The notes below the pieces were generated by a model, which was given only the letters and a program-made list of their open reading frames with translations, searched no databases and was not told the origin of the DNA. A stretch of DNA of 63,481 nt, filler included, from Choristocarpus tenellus KU-1152 (Eukaryota > Protista > Phaeophyceae), in assembly GCA_964200185.2 (NCBI GenBank). It is 12 parts of 12 records of this genome, joined end to end, with 100 filler letters (N's around TTAATTAATTAA, not from the genome) between each part and the next. Parts side by side here need not be neighbours in the genome. Positions count along the whole stretch, not along the records: positions 24,596 to 27,854 come from CAXNAD020021213.1; positions 27,955 to 31,196 come from CAXNAD020021318.1; positions 31,297 to 35,070 come from CAXNAD020018001.1; 9 more parts are not named here. One strand, given 5' to 3'. The translations under genes were made by a program, and so were the position numbers. Shown here one piece after another: positions 24,676 through 35,170 of this stretch; position 1 is the first letter of the stretch; every line of letters starts with the position of its first letter.

Positions 24676-26435
24676 GCTCCCTATAGACTGCCTAGCCTAT
24701 ATTGCACACTGTCCACGAGTCCGTCTAGATCAGGCTATGAATGTTTGAAAATGCAATGCCACATACAAATTAGTACTAATATACACCTTATTTTCAGGGG
24801 GAGGGGGAGGAAAGGACAATGTATCCCATCTTTTGTTGATAATGTAAAGAATGATAAAGCCAATATCGCAGAAGACACTTCAACCAAATGAAACAATCAT
24901 TGTTGAATTTCAAGGTCTTATCCTGAATGGTCCATTGCCTCTTTCAGGACGACTTACCGATATTCCAAACAACAGACACAATCTGTGTATCCCTCATGGG
25001 TACCGACACAGTAGGGGGCAGCAGAAATGTATCCCCTTCTCTGGTCTTGAGGAGGGTTTCCGTTGCTCCCCAGTTCTTTCATAAACTGCCTGTGGCACGT
25101 GTACCAAAATATTAACATTTTTTTCATTATTCAACAGAGATATAGGCAGAGTGTATTATTCGTACATGACAAACAAACATTTGTGGGAAAGGTGTGGTAT
25201 GTGGTGTGGCCGTTTCACCCCAAATAGAGGGGAAATCAGGAGAGTAGAAGGTATTCAGTAAGTACTCTATGGAATTTGCGAATGATGAGTTTGAAATGCA
25301 AGCATAACTATAGAAAAGTTGGATTTGTACTTCTTCTAGGACCATGCGCCCAATCTCGAAATTTTTCAAAAATTTGCATACGCAGGGGTTAAAGTTTATC
25401 GACTTCTGCAGCTTCTACGGTGATGTTGTGTGTTCCCATAATGACTCAACACCTACGAATCTTCTACTAAGCATCTATGCCCTGTATGTGATATGGCAGA
25501 CTCTTACTTCTTCTTCAAAATACTTCATGACTACAACATCTTACCCCTAGATCGCCGGGCCAGCTTCATCCTTACAATCATGATGGCGTCAAACAACATC
25601 CAAACGTGAGTTAAAAATCTGCTGCTCCCCCTGGTGGGAAAGTAAGGGTAAGTGTATAATAGAAAGAACTAGGTACTTCAGGGTAAGCAACACTGGCTCC
25701 AAAACTCAGCTCCTCACTACTTTAATTGATGCTGAAAACACGCCTTCTGGTACCGAGCAATAATCTCTTCTGGATATCACCACCTCCTCTTTGTGAGAAA
25801 TGCCTCAGCTTGTTAGAGGTGCAACATATCTTGGTGTACAGGAAAGTGTGTGTGGCGTATCCCATGTTGTGTGTATTTTGATCTCCGGCTGTTTTGTTGA
25901 GATGCAAGGGCTGGTGGCTGAGTTAAATGGTTTCCATTGTAGAAAGGTGACGGCGACAAGGTTCTAGTCTGTGGCACAGGTCAAGTGTACTTGCTTGTCT
26001 CTTGGCATAGCATAACTCAGATTTCTATGTTAACAGAGTGACCACCAGGCAGTCACAGATTGGGTGGTTATATAGTTGTTTTGTAGTTGTAGGTACCTTC
26101 CAAGAGAGTCAGGGATTAGCTTGCTTCTTCTGTTAGCACCATTGACATTAGTTGCACCTGTGTTTGACCAAGCTACCAATTACCTGATTCAAGAGCACAT
26201 AAGCACTCGAAGGCTGGTTCCTTGTATCTTTGGTGTTGACACTGTATGGACAAACAACATTTCTACCACCGCAGGGTAGGATTAGAAACTAGATGGTATT
26301 TCCTTCTGGCAGAACATTGACTGATCTACAACTACAGCACATATTTGCACCTCTTTGGGATGTGTGAGTCATATTTTCAGTCCTGCATGTAGTTCATGGA
26401 AGACAAGAATAGAAATGGGGAGTTCAGCTTCTTGA

Positions 26436-26680
26436 TAGAGGGTAGAGCCGCGTCCATTTGGGGCCCAAAATACAATGTTGCGATATTGATGTAGTTTTGG
26501 CTATCGTGTTTGTTAGGAAGTGTCAATATCAATGTTCCGGACACACCTTTTCATAACATACACACTTTACCTACCCCTAAATTTTTGGAGTAGGAAAATG
26601 TCACAAAAGAACCAACGGGAAGCCAAGCCCCGAATGGACAACACAGGGCAAAACTCGTACCCTCTAAGATACTTTCACTC
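26436..26680 (+). mobile_element. MITE family A lacking the first ~14 nt of the left TIR
   Basis: Consensus interior and intact right TIR; TGA on both sides. Confidence 0.9.
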
Positions 26681-27834
26681 TGACATCGTATCATTTCATA
26701 GTCATTGCAACCAGTACTCAGCATCAAGAAGTAGAGAACTGACAGCCATGCTCATTGTTTGGAGAGAGGAGAAGGCAGGAGGAAAGAAACCTCATGTTGT
26801 GGAGATATATTAGGGGCATATAGAGAGCCGTGATGACCGATTTATTTTTAGGGGCAAACGCGAATTATTTTTTGTTATCTTGAGATCAGGCACCAATATC
26901 CACATACAATAGAATCTAACCAAACTTAAGGTGAGTGGAACGCAATACCTGGAAATTGTAACTTGAAATTAACACTGCAGGTACAATCAGGGCCCTTACG
27001 CTTCCAACCAGCATTATATGTTCTATTATAGATCGCAGGGATTGAATTGCATCCCAGCACTTGTTAATGTATTATTACTACTCCTCTCTATAGAAGGCGC
27101 TGCATTGAAAATTGTGTTATACTCATCATTGAGACAATCTCGTGTCCTCAGCCATCCACAATTTTTTGGAAGAATCAGTATGCCTCCTACTAGTGCATGA
27201 ACCCTAGGTTGAACAAAGTATTCCAAACCCTTTTCATATTTGCTACAATGACATGATGATGGCGGTTGCTGTGAAATTGGGCCTGAAATGTTTATGTAAC
27301 TACTATTAGGGTAGATCTAGGTGTAAGAATAGCCCCTTCAGCCAGACCTCTTCTTAACCTTGATATACACTGCCTGTGAAGGCAAGCCTCAACTCTGACG
27401 ATGCGAAGCACAATGTCTCTCCCTTACCCCTTAGCTTTGTCCTTGAACCAAGGCGACACCATGGAGTTGTCCAACTGTGTGGCACCAAAAAGAAGAAGAA
27501 GGTGGTGGTTGAAATAGATGAGCCTCACATGGCCAAGTGGAAGAGTCAGTGGCATAACTCCACGGTGAGATCATCCCCTTAAAATATGCGCTTGGCAGTT
27601 TATTTTCAAAATTTTGAGTATGACAAGAGTTGAGGACAGTACAGAATCTACACCTATTATCTTAGGGTGAGTTTAGAAGTTAGTCGGAGAAATACATGGC
27701 AGGTTTTCTTGAGATTAAGCACATCACCGGCAACTTGCTTTTCACTTGACACAAGAAGTCACAATATGTTGTCCTCCCTGTTGACAAGTACAGTGGATAC
27801 TCAACAAAGAAAATGGTCTGTGGATCCCAGATTG

Positions 27835-28061
27835 GGGTCAAAGTATCTTGGGGGNNNNNNNNNNNNNNNNNNNNNNNNNNNNNNNNNNNNNNNNNNNNTT
27901 AATTAATTAANNNNNNNNNNNNNNNNNNNNNNNNNNNNNNNNNNNNNNNNNNNNGGGTCTACACCAGGGTGTCCATTTGGACCAAAATCAGGAAAAGTGC
28001 ATTTACAGTATCCATCCGACTAAAATGGACAGCCGCCACCCCCTCCCAGATACTTTGAGTC
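27835..28061. mobile_element. MITE family B pieces either side of a linker (27835-27854, 27955-28061)
   Basis: gggtcaaagtatctt + poly-G; gggtctacaccagggtgtccatttgg...cccagatactttgagtc. Confidence 0.8.
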
Positions 28062-28757
28062 GAAGATCGCAAACCCAAGTGGGAAAAGAAAAGAATCCAA
28101 GCGGGCGTAGGAAGCTACAAAGAATCCTTCAGTGTTGAGGTGAATACGGAGTATTCTCTCCAGTTTGAAGAGAGGCGGTAGGTCCTCCATGCTACAGTGT
28201 GCCCCTCAGAACTCACCTTCACAGGATGTACAACTCATATCCAACGACCTTAAAAACGACGCTATGGGAACGTTACCCTTGATAACAGTTTGTAGGGTGT
28301 CAGGTGTCCTTCTCTTCTTGATATTCCACTCAGTACTTAGCTCAAAGCTCGACTCAAAGTTTCGTTCAAGATAAAAGACTGGTAAGAGGGGTAAAGGTGT
28401 TTGACCAAAAGCCCTTTTATTATTTTCATCACCCACCCAATTTCTTTGGTCTTCTATGCAACTGCTCTATACGTACTCCAATCATAAACCTTTATGCTGC
28501 AACTTCTTAGGAACTTTGACATTTTCTTCTGTAATGGTACGTATGCATTCCGAATCTTACTCTGTATCTTCTATGAAATCAGCATTATTTTTTCTGTAAG
28601 GCTACCTATGTGTTACTAATATCGTATATTGTTCGCACTTGTTAGAACGCGAGAAACAATCCTCACACTATTCACCTATCACAAATGTTCATGTTTGCTA
28701 AAACATTAGAAGAAATGCCCGCGCTATTCGCCTGTAACAAATATTGTCTGCCAACAG

Positions 28758-28923
28758 GAGCATGAAGACATGGTGAGGGAGAGGTTGATGCAGAGGGAGG
28801 AAAGGGGGAGAAAGGGTGAAAAGGGAGAAGTTTGACCGGGAACGAAGGTTGGAAGAGAGGGAAGAGAGGCAAAGTGAATTGCAACGAAATGAGCATCACA
28901 AGGCCATAACAAATTTGACGTAA
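28758..28923 (+). pseudogene. Charged coiled-coil fragment, possibly the C-terminus of a Harbinger second ORF
   Basis: After a cag acceptor: EHEDMVRERLMQREE / EKFDRERRLEEREERQSELQRNEHHKAITNLT (frameshifted), convergent with the Harbinger transposase relic. Confidence 0.3.
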
Positions 28924-29846
28924 GCATTTCTCATAGGAATGAATATGGAGTCAAGTTAAACTGAACGTTTGGCTGCAATTTGCGTGGATATGAACGATTG
29001 GTTAGTTGGGACCCCTTGGAGTATTTGTTTTTCAACGAGCACAGAGTTACAGAGTGGTCAAGGTCTGTGTGCGCATGAAGCAAAAAAAAAAGAGGCCAAC
29101 AAAAAATCTGATAAAAAATATATATATATACGTATTGCATACGTTCTCACTTCTTGTATATAAACTTAAATAACACACCACTATTGTGCATTCCCTCCTC
29201 CAAAATAAAAAAGCAAGACTAGTGACCAGTAATCCACATAGACATCCTACATCTCCGTTGGATCAAAAATCTATCAGAGACCATAGGCAAAGCCCGTCTA
29301 CTTCCACATAATTTCTTCAATCCCTGAGTAGTGTATCTGAATCAGATTAAAACAAATAGGTGCGTATAACCCTCCCTTGTTCTGGAGGTAGTATGCATAG
29401 AATGTGTGAGTTGGGTACATTGAAAACTGAGATCGGTATTGTGTTTTGAAAGAGAAACCGATGACGAGTTGTACAGTGCGCAGTGAGCGAATCCTTTTGT
29501 GGTACCCGTCTTGTGACGAAATTGGTTGTTGTTATAGGATAATCGTGTTGATGCTAGGCTAAGTAGATAATTGCAATCAAGTTATCTGATCAGGTGAATA
29601 TGTCGTGCTGTCAAATCTACAGAGGTGATAGCCATATTTTTACGTGTTATTCAGGCAAGGTCGTTGATGAAGTTCATGATCTTCAACAGTTGCAGAGTGT
29701 AGAGGTATATTGCGTGGTTGATAGATAACGTTCCAAAAATAAGACACGATATTTCATTTCCTACTCGCCGGTGTGAGGATGTTTTCTGTTTTATTATTTT
29801 TATTATTTTACACTGGTAAGATGGAGAGTCTGTACCCATGCGTTGC

Positions 29847-30120
29847 AAAGTACTGGTCCAGTGTTGGGGGCTGTACCCCTAAGTATTCTTCCATTTCGCT
29901 ACTTTACAGGCAAATGTTAACGTTGGTCAGGAGGGCAACCACTGTGTAGAGGTTGCTGATGGGTTGCAGGTGTAGCTTGAGTTCTTGTTGTGGTCAAGGA
30001 AAGCAAATGTATTGAAAGTTTTCCCGAAAACCCACTCGTTGATGACCCCCCCAGACGCATGATCTCGTTTTCTTCCTCCTGCCGCTGAAACCCCTCTTCA
30101 TGTGAGATAATAAGGCGTAG
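29847..30120 (-). pseudogene. PIF/Harbinger (DDE_Tnp_4-type) transposase C-terminal relic
   Basis: Translation across frameshifts: YALLSHMKRGF..EENEIM....INEWVFGKTFNTFAFLDHNKN.KLHLQPISNLYTVVALLTNVNICL*SSEMEEY....PTLDQYF, matching the EWxFG / FAFLD / LQP / ALLTN / PPxLxxY pattern. Not shown in the ORF track. Confidence 0.8.
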
Positions 30121-30123
30121 ATA

Positions 30124-30302
30124 TGTTACACCATGCTAAAGAAGCTTACCTCCACATGATGTATAGCTCCAATCTACAGGCCTATAGATGACACTGATGT
30201 ACGTATAGGACTCCTGATGCACAAGTCGTCAAATATGTTCGATCTCTTACTTGGATTACTCCTTCATACGTATGGTCAATATCATCGTATAAAAAGGAAC
30301 TG
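30124..30302 (+). repeat. LTR-like direct repeat, copy 1
   Basis: Starts TGTTACA; shares gatgtatagctccaatctac...ggactcctgatgcacaagtcgtca...tcaatatcatcgtataaaaaggaactg with 30989-31153. Confidence 0.7.
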
Positions 30303-30377
30303 GCACCGATGTAGCATGTGGGGGTATGATAATAACTAAATAATAACTAAATAGTTAAAAAGTACAAATATATCACA

Positions 30378-30950
30378 TTAGGGGCTCCTGTGGGAACAGA
30401 TGGTTTCAATCAAGCTCATATGGCTGAGGTGATAGAGAGCTCTGGGACACGAGCTTTGGCCACACACCTCAGCGAGATGGAGGACAAACAGGTGGCCTGG
30501 TTCCTCAACTCCTGGTCCCTCTCCTCCCGGCTAGGCTATCTTGTGAGGGTCACTCCCGCCCTCCTGGCACTCTCCACCATGGAGCAAGCAGACAACACCT
30601 CACTATGGACACTAGAGAGGATAATGGAGGTGGAAGACTCCACAGAGGATACAAATTTCTTTGAAGGAGGGTGCAACAATGGATTTCTCCACCTAGAGAC
30701 CCACCAACAAGTACAGGCACAGATGCCTACAAGTGCGGGGGGTCTGGGCCTCTCTATGAAACTGTGGCTTTTGTAGGATCACTGGTAGCTACTCTCCCCA
30801 CCCTCCTCGCAAGGCGGCAAGGGCCTCATGGCAAGTCCTTCTCGCAAGCTAACTGCACAAGCCCCACCATACAGACCTTAGGATCGTTTCCACAGGTGTC
30901 CCCTCAGAAGACGTTGCAGAAATCATTGGCCAAGACTGGGTAACCTAGGG
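30378..30950 (+). pseudogene. Non-LTR retrotransposon fragment (CRE-like, region after the RT core)
   Basis: LGAPVGTDGF, SRLGYLVRVTP, QAQMPTSAGGLGL, then a frameshift to AFVGSL. Confidence 0.75.
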
Positions 30951-30988
30951 GGGAACAACATCCCCTGCACCTGCCCCAGAGGTACATA

Positions 30989-31153
30989 TGATACAGGCGC
31001 CCCAGAAAGTTTACCTCCCCAGGATGTATAGCTCCAATCTACGGACATATAGATGATACTGATGTAGGTATAGGACTCCTGATGCACAAGTCGTCAGGTA
31101 TGCTGGATCTCTCACTTGGATTATCGTCAATATCATCGTATAAAAAGGAACTG
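30989..31153 (+). repeat. LTR-like direct repeat, copy 2
   Basis: Starts TGATACAGGCGCCCC; a near-identical start (TGTTACAGGCGCCCC) occurs at 60667 at another contig end. Confidence 0.7.
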
Positions 31154-31296
31154 ATCAACGATGTCTTATCACAATCAGAGACCATAATGACCAACTNNNN
31201 NNNNNNNNNNNNNNNNNNNNNNNNNNNNNNNNNNNNNNNNTTAATTAATTAANNNNNNNNNNNNNNNNNNNNNNNNNNNNNNNNNNNNNNNNNNNN

Positions 31297-31337
31297 CCAA
31301 ATGGACAGCTGCCACCCCCTCCCAGATACTTTGAGCC
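31297..31337. mobile_element. MITE family B terminus inserted into a family A copy
   Basis: ccaaatggacagctgccacccctcccagatactttgagcc directly followed by family A interior. Confidence 0.8.
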
Positions 31338-31415
31338 TATAAAAGACCCCATGGGAAGCCAAGTCCCAAATGGACAAAAAGGGCAAAACTCGTACCCTCT
31401 AAGATACTTTCACTC
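31338..31415 (+). mobile_element. MITE family A, right part
   Basis: ccatgggaagccaagtcccaaatggac...taccctctaagatactttcactc. Confidence 0.88.
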
Positions 31416-31507
31416 ATTTTGTCCCTACAAGTAAGAACTTGTTGCTAGTACAACTCCATGTGACTCTGCTGCTGCCCAAATGAGACTATAGACAAAGTGT
31501 GCAATAC

Positions 31508-31816
31508 CTGATCCTCTCTGCCCTGCTTCTTCGCCTCCATCAGTTGCTCTGAGATGGGTAACCCCCTCTTAGGACACCCAGCTTCCGGTGACTGCCCAGA
31601 GTTCTCCTCCTTCTTCAAACTCACGTCCAGTTGAAGGGTCTCAAGAGTTCTCCTCAACTGAAACACCTCTCCCTCTGCTTGCATCCTCTGTGAACTTTCA
31701 GTCTCAAGGTGTGCAGCGAGAGTGCTTACCTCCTGCTCAAGGATCTCATCGCAAGTTCTTGCTCCATTTATTTCCCTGAAATCAAAGGTTTGTGAGAGGT
31801 AGGCAAGCTTGGCCAT
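31508..31816 (-). CDS. Probable exon of an unknown coiled-coil protein
   Basis: EILEQEVSTLAAHLETESSQRMQAEGEVFQLRRTLETLQLDV...; ends at a cag|gtattg donor; 5' boundary uncertain. Confidence 0.4.
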
Positions 31817-32275
31817 TTTGCATACAAGGCCATTGTTCTATGCAGGTACAATAGACCCTATTTCATTGCTGTATGTGCACAATTGTGTCCACAAAATTGA
31901 TATTCTTCCTTTCAATAAACAAAATGTCACCCCAACTCCGCAAAAGCCCCTTCCAGAATATATCAGAAAAGCATATTTGGTCAATTCTCAGGACCCTTCA
32001 AGTGCAATCTTGCCTGCCTGTCAAGTTGTATGGCTCTGTTTGGACACCCTTACAGAGAATGTTTATTTTTCACCCCCCTATACTCATCCAGTTCCTTCTT
32101 GAGGAAGTTCATCCTCTCTTGTGTCTTTGTAAGGCAGGCAGAATGGTGAACGGCATGGTCCTGGGCATCATGAAGGATTTTCCACACCTCTTGTGTTGCG
32201 AACTGTTGCTGTGCCATTGTTGGGGGGCAGATTTAGCGGATTTTGAGATACAGTCAGTAGCTCCCAGCGTTCGAT

Positions 32276-33547
32276 AGACTAGAGGGGGCGATAGTGAGGT
32301 ACAAAGTTCCGAAACATAATTGCTATTGATTACCATAGCATTATCTTGACGAGTCAAAGTATCTTTGAGGGTAGGACCGCGTCCATTTGGGAGCCTAAAT
32401 CCGATGTTGCAATTTTGATGTAATTTTGGTTATCGTGCTTGTTAGGAGATGTCAATATCCTTGTTCCGGACACACCTTTTCATAACGTATACATCGTACC
32501 TACTCCGAAATATTTTGGAGTAGGAAAATGTCATAAAACAACCGTGGGAAAACCAAGCCCCAAATGGACAAACAGGGAAAAACTCCTACCCTCTAAGATA
32601 CTTTCACTCTGGATGCAATTGTATAAATAGTTCAACATGCCTGCAAATTTACCACCGCTGCAGAGCCAGAGGTGAAGGACCTTGAAAATGATTCAATCAA
32701 ACTCTTAGACTTGCAAGAGGAAAGAAGCTATGCTCAATCAAAGGAGATGGTGAGCAGAGACACAATGACATGTAAGACAGGTGATCTAAGCCTTTCTTTC
32801 AACATACGTACCATCAAACACTGAAAGCTACTGGCTGTATCTCAAAATCCCCCAAATCTGCCCCTTCCAACAATGGCACAGCAACAGTCTGCAGTGGAAG
32901 AGGTGTGGAAAATCCTTCATGATGCTCAGGACCGTGCCGTCCACCTTTCTGCCTGCCTTACAAAGGCACAAGAGAGGATGAACTTTCTCAAAGGCACAAG
33001 AGAGGATAGGGGCCAAAAAGTATATATATATATATCCTCTGTAAGGGTGTCCAAACAGAGGATGATTTGATTTTATTACCTCTATCATCACCCAGTTCCT
33101 TCTCGAGGTAGTCCAACCTCTCTTGTGCTTTTGTGGGGCAGTCAGAAAGGTGGACGGCATGGTCCTGGGCATCATGAAGGATTTTCCACACCTCTTCCAC
33201 TGCAGACTGTTGCTGTGCCATTGTTGGGGGGGCAGATTTAGGGGATTTTGAGATACAGCCAGTATCTTTCAGCATTGATGGTACGTATGTCGGAAGAAAG
33301 GAGTAGATCACCTGTCATACCAATGTGTCTCTGCTCACCATCTCCTTTGATTGAGCATCGCTTCTTTCCTCTTGCAAGACTAACAGTTTGATTCAATCAT
33401 TTTCAAGGTCCTCCACCTCTGGCTCTGCAACGGTGGCCAGTGTGAACGCATGTTGAACTATTAATATAACTGCATCAAGATAATGTTATAGTAGTCATTT
33501 GCAATACGTTTCGGTACCGTGTACCCCACTAGGGCTCCCTCTAGTCT
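32276..33547. repeat. Long imperfect inverted repeat (arms 32276-32991 and about 33100-33547)
   Basis: Arms align as reverse complements once the MITE at 32351-32609 is removed; a third partial copy lies at about 32088-32260. Confidence 0.9.
32351..32609 (+). mobile_element. MITE family A, full length, in one arm of the inverted repeat
   Basis: gagtcaaagtatctttgagggta ... taccctctaagatactttcactc; the opposite arm shows the empty site; TSD imperfect. Confidence 0.93.
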
Positions 33548-33899
33548 GCCTACCCTGCAGGTCTGGGTCTGGATCCAGGTCCGGCCTTCTGATCTTTGCG
33601 ATGCACACATGCGGTCGAGATTATGCGCCTCGCTTCCATCCAAGCTAAAGGTTTCTTGCCCAATCCTGGGACTGTTCATCTTGTCGCCAATTAACTCGCT
33701 ATTTCCCTCATCCCCCTCGCTGTGGACAGGGTAGCATGTTTCCTGTGGGCGTGAATGTGTCCAATTTTCAATAGCTGTTTAGTGATGCAAGGGAACAGTA
33801 CCTTCGATCGAGTCGAATGTTGCTGGTAGTGAGCACCAATAATTACTGAGAAAAACACAGTATCAACAGCCTGGTCAGCAGAACAATACATCTAGGCAT

Positions 33900-34590
33900 C
33901 ATGTTGTTTGCAGACCACCTCTTCGTTCCTGTATAGTTTCCACGAGATCAGTAGAGGGCTAGATCTTGGTCACCTCAATCTCCCTAGTAGTGGTGTCTAC
34001 GGTGGAAAGGTTGATGGGGGGCAGTGTGGGGACGTTCCAAATCTGCTTGGATCTTTCCAACAATTCCAAGGCACGAGTGATTAGGCCGCAATGTCTGCCC
34101 TTCATGCCGAGCTTCTTCATCTCTACGAGGTGGTCGAAGAGGGGTATGAGCAGGCACGAGCTCTGTTGGGTGCGAGTTTTCATTCTCCTGATGATGGTGG
34201 CGGTGGTTGAAGTGGGGGACATGGTTTGAAGAGAGAATCTAAACGGAGGCTGGCACTCCGAGGCAGGTGCGGTAATGAAGGGAAAAGAAAAATGATCAAC
34301 GTCTGGCACATGAAGCATTAAGGCTTACCTTTTCTCAAGCTTTTCGCAAATTTTGCGAACGCCGGAGATCCCTTCAACGATGGCCTCCTGATTGACTGCC
34401 GAGGTCTTGTGTGTCATGCCTCGGGTGCCACTGCCCATATTTTGATCCAGTTTTGCCTTCGCCTTACGTAGATTGGCTGCCACCATGCGCAAGGTCGAGG
34501 TGGTAGACAAAGCTGGGCTTCCCAAGGCGCAATATTTGCGAGCGATTGCCGACATGGTAGCGTCTTCCTTCATCATGTCACCACACCCCT
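33900..34590 (-). pseudogene. Degenerate two-exon coding fragment of unknown family
   Basis: GC-richer coding-like segments (MMKEDATMSAIARKYC...KICEKLEK|gtaagc; ...LIPLFDHLVEMKKLGMKGRHCGLITRALELLERSKQIW...) with stops and a probable frameshift. Confidence 0.4.
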
Positions 34591-35029
34591 AGCTCTGACT
34601 GCTTCCCATATAAAGGAATCTCACACCCTAATCGTGACGAATCGGTTATTAGTAATCAGCCATATCCATGCTAACTTTGAAGTTGTCATGGCTATGTTGT
34701 ACACACTCACTTATCCAATATGAAACCGCTCAAGACGAAAAGTAAAAACAGATATTTGTGGAGAGTAGGAAAAAAAACGAGGATCCCTCCATTACAACAT
34801 GATATTATTAGGTGTCAAGAAGTATGATTTTTTGCACCATTATAATTTGTATATGATCGTCAATCATGGTCAGACGCCCTATACAAAATAACTATTTTCG
34901 TCAAAGTACGAAATGTTGCAGTACGACCAGTTGTACTGTCTGCTCCTCCTGCCTTGCTTCTGGTGGGTTAGGTTCTGCACTACCACCAATCGTTGGAATG
35001 GGTACACACTCTATTATTGATGGAGTTCA

Positions 35030-35070
35030 GGCTCAAAGTATCTGGGAGGGGGTGGCAGCTGTCCATTTGG
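35030..35070. mobile_element. MITE family B terminus at contig end
   Basis: ggctcaaagtatctgggagggggtggcagctgtccatttgg. Confidence 0.85.
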
Positions 35071-35170
35071 NNNNNNNNNNNNNNNNNNNNNNNNNNNNNN
35101 NNNNNNNNNNNNNNTTAATTAATTAANNNNNNNNNNNNNNNNNNNNNNNNNNNNNNNNNNNNNNNNNNNN

